Sequence record: ON529853.1 | Reading direction: 5' to 3' (one strand) | Length of the DNA stretch: 64,000 bases | Shown here: piece after piece, positions 28,248 to 35,110 of the stretch | How positions within the stretch are numbered: position 1 is the stretch's first letter | How the letters are laid out: each line of letters opens with the position of its first letter | Program-made: the position numbers and the translations under genes | The notes under the pieces: generated by a model | Databases searched by the model: none | What the model was told of the DNA's origin: nothing | The model's input: the letters and a program-made list of their open reading frames with translations, nothing else

Positions 28248-28798
28248 GCCTCTGGCTGCCGTCACGCCTGGTTCCCATTTCTAGGACGGCGTTCTCCTCA
28301 GAAGACGGGTCCGGGTAGACCTCGTGTGGCTCTTCAGCGCCTGACGGAACTCGACGACGTGGTTGCCGGCCGTCTGAACTGGCGTCCCCAAGCGCTCCCA
28401 GGGGCATGCCGTAGGAGTGTGGCAGGGTCCGCCCCACGCTGTGTCAGGATATACGACAATGAAGAGGGGGAAGTCAATACCGCCTCTGGCGGCCGTCACG
28501 CCTGGTCGTTCGTCTCGGGCGGCGTTCCCGTCAGGCCTGATTGTCCCCGGCCGAGGTTTGTTCGGGGGAGCGGTGCGGTCAATCACCCCGACTCACGTTC
28601 TCTCGTAACCCGGCAGTACGGGCTTAAGCGCGCACGAGCGCTGCAAGGCAGTCACGCGGTGGTCCGCCTGTGGTGGGGCTTCAAATCCAGACGCGCAATC
28701 CCCGCCTGTATGTCAGGATTGTCGTCAACGGTCAAGGTGAAAGGGCGCTCTCTCCCGGTCACGCCTTGTCCTGATGTCTCAGCCGGCGTTCGCTTCAG
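28248..28798. repeat. Three dispersed copies of GTCACGCC-N19/20-GGCGTTC-N3-TCAG
   Basis: Copies at 28261, 28495 and 28758. The first two also share 24 of 25 nt over 28248-28272 and 28482-28506. Confidence 0.7.
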
Positions 28799-28973
28799 AC
28801 AGTACGGCATTCTCGGGGCCGTCCCACTCACCCGCTGTCGTCGGGCCTGTTCCCAGAGGAAGGTCTACCCCAGGACAGATTGCTCCAGAGGCCAGGTCAG
28901 GGCGAACCCTGTGTGCTGCGCCATAAGGACCTTCAGCAAGCGGTTAGCCTATCAGGATCGGGGCCAGAGGGCA

Positions 28974-29008
28974 AAGAAAAACGGCCCTGATCCGAAGATC
29001 AGGGCCGC
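28974..29008 (-). terminator. Terminator after the Ro60/TROVE gene
   Basis: Minus strand GCGGCCCTGATC-TTCG-GATCAGGGCCGT-TTTTCTTT. Confidence 0.85.
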
Positions 29009-29064
29009 CTCAAACTTACGTTGTAGCGTAATTCCGCACGCGGATTACGAATACCCGTGCCGGA

Positions 29065-30450
29065 TCAGCCGACGACGTTTCCGTCCGAGAAATCCATCGC
29101 TTCGACTTCCCGGATATAGCGCAGGACGCTCTCCGAGAAGCCGTCGATGTGGACCCACCCGTTGCCGTACCCGACACCATTCTGGTGGCTGGCGACGTTG
29201 ATCATATAGGCCTTGCCGGCCTTAGGCGCCGGCAGTCGTCCTCCGCCCATGGTGCTGCTCAGGGCGCCGTTCGCCTGTTCGTCAGTGATGACGATCAGGC
29301 GGTCGCAGGCGAACTGGCGGTTCACCACGTCCACGGCCTGGGCCAGGGCGGTGCCGTTGTGCGGCTGCGAACGGATCACCGCATCGACCCCCGCCATGCC
29401 CTTGCGGGCCGGCACTTCCACGAGGCCGTTGGAGAAGGTCACGACGCGCACGTCGCCCGGCAGGATCGACGCCAGCGTCGCCGCCGCGTCCATCCGGGTC
29501 AGGTCCGACTTTCCGGACAGCTTGTTCCGCATGGAATAGGAGACGTCGACCATGACCACGGTCGATCCCGTGAAGGGTTCGGCCTGGTTGATCGAGGCCA
29601 CCAGGGCGTCGTCCAGCGCCCGCTCGAACGAGGGCGCATAGCGCGCCGCCGCCGTGAAGCGGAAGGGCAGGACGCGATCCGCGCCCTTGCGCGCCCGGAT
29701 CGCGGCGTTGACCAGATCGCGATCGACGCCGGCCTGCTCCATGTTGCGCAGGTTGCGCAGCAGGGCGAGGTAGCCCAGCTTGCCGTCGGTCAGCAGACGC
29801 GTGAACGTCGCCTTCTTGTCCGCGCCGCCCGACAGGGCGACTTCCCAGGTGTCGGGCGCCGCCAGTTCGTTGTCGACCAGCTTCTTGTAGAGGGTCTCGC
29901 GGTCATCGTTCGCCGGCTTGGCGTGCGCCAGGAACAGGACGTCGCGCAGACGCACCGACTTGGCCCGATCGTATTTGGCGATCTGGTAGGCGTCGAAGTT
30001 GCCGAAGGCCATCGACAGGCCCTTCTTCACCTGGGCCGACAACGGCGCCTTCTTGCCGTTCGAGCGCAGCGGGTTCAGCGCCCAGTAGAGGGCCAGGAAC
30101 TCGCTCAGTTCGTCAGCGCGCTGAATGACGCGCGCGATGGTGAGCGACACCAGGGCCGAACCTGAGCCGCGCTGGGCCAGCACGACGAGCAGCAGAAGGG
30201 GAACGTGACGCAGCTTGGCGTCCTCGCGGGCCTCGACGGCGATCTGGGCGAGGGTCTCGACCGGAACCTCCTTGGCGAGGCTCTGGATACGGTCGGCGAT
30301 CGACACGCCGCTCTCGTAGAAATTGTCTTCCCAGAGCAGGCAGGACATGACCGACCGGCGCAGGGCCTGCGTCTTGGTCATCCGATCGGCCGGCGCGCCT
30401 TCATGAGTTCGCGCGGTGGTCGCTTTGGGCTTTGCGTTGATCGACGCCAT
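29065..30450 (-). CDS. rsr: Ro60/Rsr TROVE-domain RNA-binding protein with C-terminal vWA domain
   Basis: THEGAPA, LRRSVMSCLLWEDNFYESG, KY, TWEVALS, LGYLALLRNLRNM, VLPFRF and MIDAS-like VDVSYSM...ITDEQ. SD AGGAGG upstream. Confidence 0.9.
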   Translation of the reverse strand: MASINAKPKATTARTHEGAPADRMTKTQALRRSVMSCLLWEDNFYESGVSIADRIQSLAKEVPVETLAQIAVEAREDAKLRHVPLLLLVVLAQRGSGSALVSLTIARVIQRADELSEFLALYWALNPLRSNGKKAPLSAQVKKGLSMAFGNFDAYQIAKYDRAKSVRLRDVLFLAHAKPANDDRETLYKKLVDNELAAPDTWEVALSGGADKKATFTRLLTDGKLGYLALLRNLRNMEQAGVDRDLVNAAIRARKGADRVLPFRFTAAARYAPSFERALDDALVASINQAEPFTGSTVVMVDVSYSMRNKLSGKSDLTRMDAAATLASILPGDVRVVTFSNGLVEVPARKGMAGVDAVIRSQPHNGTALAQAVDVVNRQFACDRLIVITDEQANGALSSTMGGGRLPAPKAGKAYMINVASHQNGVGYGNGWVHIDGFSESVLRYIREVEAMDFSDGNVVG

Positions 30451-30483
30451 GATGGGTCCCCTCCTAAGTGTCTGTCGGCAGGA

Positions 30484-30656
30484 TGACCTTGAGGTTGGGG
30501 AGGAAAAGTCGAAAACCCTTTCATACCGGTGCGTCTACCGTTTCCGCCACCCGCGCATTGTGGCGCGCGAGCCAGGACTTGAACCTGGAAGCCCTTGACG
30601 GGCGCCGGTTCCAGACGAAGTATGGGCTCTCTGCGCCATCCCCGACCTCGCGGTCA
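30484..30656 (-). ncRNA. Y-RNA-like element with permuted class II (Leu-like) tRNA domain
   Basis: Terminal stem GAGGTCGGGGA/TCCCCAACCTC; variable arm GCCC-GTCAA-GGGC; T arm CCAGG-TTCAAGT-CCTGG; CTCGCGC-GCCA-caat-GCGCGGG; D region GGTGGCGGAAACGGTAGACGC. Confidence 0.75.
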
Positions 30657-30661
30657 GTGAA

Positions 30662-30812
30662 CTCTCCGGCGCTCTGGTAGGAAGGCGGGGGAACATACGC
30701 AGCCGGATAGCGGGATCGAACCGCGAGACCGGGGGTTTGAATCCCGGCTTATCAACCAGCGATGTAACCGACCGCTTTCACCACCCGCCCACCAACCAGG
30801 GCGCCGGAAAAG
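30662..30812 (-). ncRNA. Y-RNA-like element with T-loop
   Basis: Roughly 25-bp imperfect terminal stem, GTGGTGAAAG motif, T arm GCGG-TTCGATC-CCGC. Confidence 0.65.
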
Positions 30813-30817
30813 CAGAA

Positions 30818-30970
30818 ACATGAAGGCGGTGGGGGAATAAGCGACCCCACTCTTTTTTAGGCGTGCTACCGTTACACCAAACGCCGCTAGGCGACGTTGC
30901 GGAATCGAACCGCTCATCCCGCTCCACATGCGATGAAAGTGACGTCTGTCGCCACCCACCGCCTTCATGC
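30818..30970 (-). ncRNA. YrlA-like Y RNA (permuted tRNA domain)
   Basis: 16-bp terminal stem GCATGAAGGCGGTGGG/CCCACCGCCTTCATGT; GTGGCGACAG motif; T arm; loop-closed acceptor stem AACGTCGC-CTA-GCGGCGTT; D arm GTGT-AACGGTA-GCAC. Confidence 0.75.
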
Positions 30971-30979
30971 TGTTGGTCC

Positions 30980-31155
30980 AGAAGCGTATGGTGGATCGAC
31001 AGGGGAACCGGCGGAAAGGCGCCGTTTGGACTATCGTTCTAACCAACTGAACTACCGCCGCGCCCGAGGGTGCGCCGGGTGGGACTCGAACCCACGACCT
31101 ACAGTGTGCGAAGAATGCCTCTCCTTCACCACCTGTCGACCCGCCATACGCTTCT
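30980..31155 (-). ncRNA. YrlA-like Y RNA (permuted tRNA domain)
   Basis: 24-bp terminal stem; GTGGTGAAGG motif; T arm GTGGG-TTCGAGT-CCCAC; loop-closed acceptor stem; D arm GTTC-AGTTGGTTA-GAAC. Confidence 0.8.
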
Positions 31156-31161
31156 CGACCC

Positions 31162-31307
31162 TGTCCGCGACAGTCCCGAGGACTGACCCCGCAGAGAACC
31201 GGAGTTCTCTTGCGGGGTCAAGTCGTCCGGGAATAGGCGGAACCGAGAGCGGGGCCAAGGCCCCAACGTACCAAAAACGAAGAACTCGGTCCCTGTCGCC
31301 ACGGACA
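31162..31307 (-). ncRNA. Y-RNA-like element without tRNA domain
   Basis: TGTCCG-tgg-CGACAG pairs with CTGTCG-CGGACA. It carries the GTGGCGACAG motif and three internal hairpins, just behind a TTGACA promoter. Confidence 0.55.
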
Positions 31308-31372
31308 ATGACTGTGTGCCCGATCCCGTTCATTGTGTCAACAACGACGACAGAAAAAGTTGGGATTTGCGG

Positions 31373-31407
31373 CAAAAAGAAACCCCCGGATCGCTCCGGG
31401 GGTTTCC
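31373..31407 (-). terminator. Terminator after the repressor-like gene
   Basis: Minus strand GGAAACCCCCGGAG-CGA-TCCGGGGGTTTCTTTTT. Confidence 0.8.
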
Positions 31408-31438
31408 ACGACGTCTGACGTCGGCGGGGGTTCCAGGG

Positions 31439-32155
31439 TCAGACGCCGATCTTGCCCACCACCTTGCCCAGCAGGGTGATGCTCTTGGCGGGGACGTCGC
31501 GGTGTCCGCGACGGTCCTGATCGAAGATGCGGTAGGGGCCGTTGGCGCTGGGGCGGGTGAGGTGGTCGACGCGGACCTCGCCGTCCAGGGCGTAGACGAA
31601 GGTGGCGCCCGTGGGGGTGGGGGTCGCCTCGCGCTGCACGAAGGCCATCTCGCCCGGTTGCAGGTTCTCGGCGAAATCGTCGATCCGGATCAGGGCGAGG
31701 GATTCGGTCGGCACGTCGAACTGGGTTTGCAGCCAGTCGGCGAACATGGGCCAGGCGCGGGCGGCGGTGAAGCCCTTGCGCGGGCCGGCGAACTCGACTT
31801 CTTGCAGGGTGACGAGGTCTTCGATCCCGTCGGCCAGCCATTGCGGCGCGGTTTGCAGCGCCTCGGCGAGGATGTCAGCCTTCTGGGTGCCGAACGCCAG
31901 CCACTCCGGCGAACATTGCAGGGCCTCGGCCAGGGTGACGATCTTCTCGATGTCCGGCAGAACGTCCCCGGTCTCGTACATGCAGTAGGCGGAGCGGGAC
32001 AGGACCTTCCACTCGGCCTGGCGGCGGTTGTAGAATCTGATCTTGGCCGCAACCTCGGCCTGGGACATGTCCAGTTCCATGCGGCGCGACGTCATGCGCT
32101 CCTGCATGGTGGTGGGGTTATCGATCATTCCCTTGAGCGACCCCTTGCGATGCAT
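31439..32155 (-). CDS. XRE-HTH / S24-domain CI-like repressor
   Basis: RRMELDMSQAEVA...YCMYETG..LPDIEKIVTLAEALQCSPEWLAFG HTH, with a degenerate S24-type C-terminus. Start uncertain. Confidence 0.75.
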   Translation of the reverse strand: MHRKGSLKGMIDNPTTMQERMTSRRMELDMSQAEVAAKIRFYNRRQAEWKVLSRSAYCMYETGDVLPDIEKIVTLAEALQCSPEWLAFGTQKADILAEALQTAPQWLADGIEDLVTLQEVEFAGPRKGFTAARAWPMFADWLQTQFDVPTESLALIRIDDFAENLQPGEMAFVQREATPTPTGATFVYALDGEVRVDHLTRPSANGPYRIFDQDRRGHRDVPAKSITLLGKVVGKIGV

Positions 32156-32348
32156 GGGTCCTTTCTCCTTGAGAACGGCAGACTTAATAGGGCGGGTCGC
32201 TTCCAGCGTGCTCGGCATCTCTTATAGTCCTCTTCTTAGGCGACCGGTCCCCCGGCCTGCGGCGCCATGTCAACAGCGGTAACCGCGACTGACAGGAATG
32301 GTTGCAGAGGCTTGTATCGATTGTCTGGCAACGAATCAACGCCAGACA

Positions 32349-32397
32349 ACGAAAAAACCCCGGCGACACGCGATATAGGCGCTGTCACCGGGGCTTC
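32349..32397 (-). terminator. Terminator after dUTPase
   Basis: Minus strand GCCCCGGTGACAGCGC...GCGTGTCGCCGGGG-TTTTTT. Confidence 0.7.
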
Positions 32398-32554
32398 AAC
32401 CATCAGTCTGAGGCGATCTTGTGTCCGAGCCGATTCCCTTAAAAGCCCGTCAGATCACAGATATTGGTGTTTTTCTTGACGCCTACCGCCAGCCATCCTC
32501 ACAGGAATGGGGTGCGACACTCTGTCGCACCCTTATCCACGCAACTCTGCGCGA

Positions 32555-33199
32555 TCAGGCTTGACCGGTAGACCCGAATCCGCCTTCGCCGCGCCGAGTC
32601 GGGCTCAGCGTCTCGACTTCGACCCAGCGCGCCTGGATGACGGGCGACACCACCGCCTGGGCGATTCGATCCCCACGCTGGATCGGGAACGGCTCCTCGC
32701 CCGCGTTGAACAGGATGACCTTGATCTCGCCGCGATAGTCGGCGTCGATCGTGCCGGGCGCGTTCAGGACGAAGACGCCGTGCTTGGCCGCCAGCCCCGA
32801 GCGCGAGCGCACCTGGAGTTCGTAGCCGGCGGGGATGGCGACATTGAACCCGGTCGGCACCAGGACCCGCTTGCCGGGCTGGAGGTAGATGTCGGCGCCC
32901 GCCTTGATCGCCGCGCGCAGGTCCATGCCGGCCGCCTGGGCGGTCTCATAGGCCGGCATGGGGAGATCGACGCCGTAAGGCAGGGCGACGAACTCGATCG
33001 GCACGGCCCTGTCGAGGCCTTGCAGGTAGAGCGCCGCGTCGTGCCAGGTCATCCGCGTGCCCGACGGCAGGACGACGGCGTCCTGCTCGCCGTAGCCGAC
33101 ATGGATGTTGTCGAAACCAGCGGCGACGAACTGGCGCCGCAGGGCCTCGGCCGCCTCATGGCGACCGGACCGCACGTACTGGATCAGGACTTCGCTCAC
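32555..33199 (-). CDS. dut: Trimeric dUTPase with an N-terminal extension of about 70 aa
   Basis: AAGMDL, QVRSRSGLA, GTIDADYRGEI, DRIAQ and RGEGGFGSTG. Confidence 0.92.
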   Translation of the reverse strand: MSEVLIQYVRSGRHEAAEALRRQFVAAGFDNIHVGYGEQDAVVLPSGTRMTWHDAALYLQGLDRAVPIEFVALPYGVDLPMPAYETAQAAGMDLRAAIKAGADIYLQPGKRVLVPTGFNVAIPAGYELQVRSRSGLAAKHGVFVLNAPGTIDADYRGEIKVILFNAGEEPFPIQRGDRIAQAVVSPVIQARWVEVETLSPTRRGEGGFGSTGQA

Positions 33200-34530
33200 G
33201 CGGTCAGAACCTTTTCGAGTTCGGCTGCGCCGCCGAGGAATTCGGCTTCGTGGAAGAACTCCTCGGTGCCGGCGCCGACGTTGGCGTGGACGGCGCCGAC
33301 GTCGAACACCAGCGGGAAGGTGCGCCAGCCGGGCTTGGCCGCTTCCTTCAGCCGCGCGCGTTCTTCCGCATCCTCGATCAGGTGGAACTCGACCTTATGG
33401 TCCGATCCCAGCAGCAGGGCCTTGGCCTTGTCGCAGTAGGGGCAGTTCGGCATGGTGTAGACCACGAACGCCTTCGGCAGGGTCGTGATCAACGTCTTGG
33501 CGATCTTGCCGGCGCCGCCCTCGACCAGCAACGGCCCGCGCTTCAGGAAGCTGAAGGCGTTGTCCCAGCCCTGGGTCTCGCCCTTGCCGTATTCCGTCGA
33601 GCGCTGCTCGAAGAAGTTGGTGTGGGTCGGCGCGTTCATGATCCAGTCCAGCCAGTCGAACGGGTTCTCCTTGACGCCGTAGTTGGCCTTCAGCCCCAGT
33701 TGCAGCAGGCGGCGGTCGGCGATGTAGCGGATGTAGGCCTTGGCCTCGGCGGGCGTCACGCCGTCCACGCCGCCCAGCGAGAAGGCCTGGTCGATGAAGG
33801 CGTCTTCCAGGTCCACCATGTCGCGGCAGGCCTGATAGATGCGCTGCTTGGTCTCATCGTTCCAGATGCGCGGGTGCTCCTTGATCAGTTCGTGGAGCAG
33901 CTTGATCATCGATTCGACGTGGTGGCTCTCGTCGCGGATCGACCATTCGACGATCGTCGTCATGCCCTTCATCAGGCCGCGACGCTGGAACGACATCAGC
34001 AGGGCGAACGAGGAGAACAACTGCATGCCTTCGCCGAAGGCCGAGAAGACGGCGATGTCGACGGCCAGGTCGGAGATGCCCTTGCCGGTGTTGCGCTCGA
34101 ACATGTATTCGTGCTTGGAGCGCATCGCGGCGTAGTCCTGAAACGCCTTGAACTCGATTTCGGGCAGGCCCAGCGTGTCGATCAGCGTGGCGTAGGCGTC
34201 GATGTGGTTCGCCTCGGCCGCAATGAACGACCCGATCATCATGCGCAGTTCAGGATGCTGGAAGCGCAGGGCGTACTTTTCGAAGTAACCGCGCGCAACA
34301 TCGACATCAGCTTGCGTGAAGAATCGGAAAAGCTGGGTGAGCAGCGACTTCTCGTTGTCGCTCAGCTTCTTCTGCCAGTCCTTGACGTCGTCCGCCATGG
34401 GGGCTTCGTGCGGCAGCCAGTGCATGGACTGCATCGTCTTGTAGGCCTGGTAGGCCCAGGGGTAGGCGAAGGGCTTGTAGTAGTCGCGGGGCTCAAGGAG
34501 CGAAGGCTGGACGTGGGGGACGGTGGTCAT
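33196..34530 (-). CDS. nrdB: Ribonucleotide reductase beta subunit fused to a C-terminal glutaredoxin
   Basis: FRFFTQAD, EANHIDAY, EGMQLFSSF, RDESHH and NFFE motifs, then VVYTMPNCPYC. Confidence 0.92.
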   Translation of the reverse strand: MTTVPHVQPSLLEPRDYYKPFAYPWAYQAYKTMQSMHWLPHEAPMADDVKDWQKKLSDNEKSLLTQLFRFFTQADVDVARGYFEKYALRFQHPELRMMIGSFIAAEANHIDAYATLIDTLGLPEIEFKAFQDYAAMRSKHEYMFERNTGKGISDLAVDIAVFSAFGEGMQLFSSFALLMSFQRRGLMKGMTTIVEWSIRDESHHVESMIKLLHELIKEHPRIWNDETKQRIYQACRDMVDLEDAFIDQAFSLGGVDGVTPAEAKAYIRYIADRRLLQLGLKANYGVKENPFDWLDWIMNAPTHTNFFEQRSTEYGKGETQGWDNAFSFLKRGPLLVEGGAGKIAKTLITTLPKAFVVYTMPNCPYCDKAKALLLGSDHKVEFHLIEDAEERARLKEAAKPGWRTFPLVFDVGAVHANVGAGTEEFFHEAEFLGGAAELEKVLTA

Positions 34531-34537
34531 GTCTATC

Positions 34538-35107
34538 TCAGGTTTGGATGGGGTCAGGGGCCTGGTCGCCCCAGAGCGCCCAGCCGGGACGAGCGCGGCG
34601 GGCGAAAAGTTCGATCTTGGACGCCTCGGGGTAGAGGGCCTCGATCCGTTCGTGGACGTCGTCCGGCTTGCGGGAATGTTCGGTGCGCGGGGCGAAGACG
34701 GTCTGGACCACCTTCTCGCTCGCCAGCTTCATCGGACGGCCCTTGGCGACCGGAGAGGCCGCCAGGACGTATTCGGTCAGCGGCTTCACGATGGAAGGGC
34801 GCACCCCCTGGGCGCCGATGGGCGAGCCGTCCATCTTGGTCTTGATCCAGACGAAGGCGACGCCGCGATAGTGCAGCTTCCAGGCGCGCAGGCAGTCGAG
34901 CGCGAAGTCCAGGCGCGGCGAGGTCACCCACATGAACAGGACGCCGTTGTCGGACAGTAGCTGGCGCATCGGAAACGCCAGCAGGTCCGCGTCGGGCATC
35001 GTGTTGTAGTGGTTCGCCGCCGCGCCCATCTTGTCCTGCTGGCCGTGGTATTCCCACGGCGGGTCGGCCAGCACGACATCGAAGGTCCCCTGGGGGAGGG
35101 CGATCAC
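34538..35107 (-). CDS. MT-A70 family adenine methyltransferase
   Basis: FDVVLADPPW, LFMWVT, HSRKP and IELFAR. Confidence 0.85.
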   Translation of the reverse strand: MIALPQGTFDVVLADPPWEYHGQQDKMGAAANHYNTMPDADLLAFPMRQLLSDNGVLFMWVTSPRLDFALDCLRAWKLHYRGVAFVWIKTKMDGSPIGAQGVRPSIVKPLTEYVLAASPVAKGRPMKLASEKVVQTVFAPRTEHSRKPDDVHERIEALYPEASKIELFARRARPGWALWGDQAPDPIQT

Positions 35108-35110
35108 GCC

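Noticed and set aside
28290-28305. Hammerhead core CUGAGGA in one repeat unit
   Set aside because: The other two units lack CUGANGA, and no GAAA/UH elements are correctly placed.
28248-28798. CRISPR array, given the repeats and a Cas4-like gene
   Set aside because: Repeats are spaced 234-263 nt apart and degenerate, with no 30-40 nt spacers and no cas1/cas2.
28800-28920. c-di-GMP riboswitch-like words (CACAGGG, GAGTGGGAC)
   Set aside because: Spacing and the GCAAAC/GAAA tetraloop elements do not fit.
30484-31155. Calling these ordinary or pseudo tRNA genes
   Set aside because: Arm order is permuted, there is no anticodon loop, and each is enclosed in a long terminal helix.
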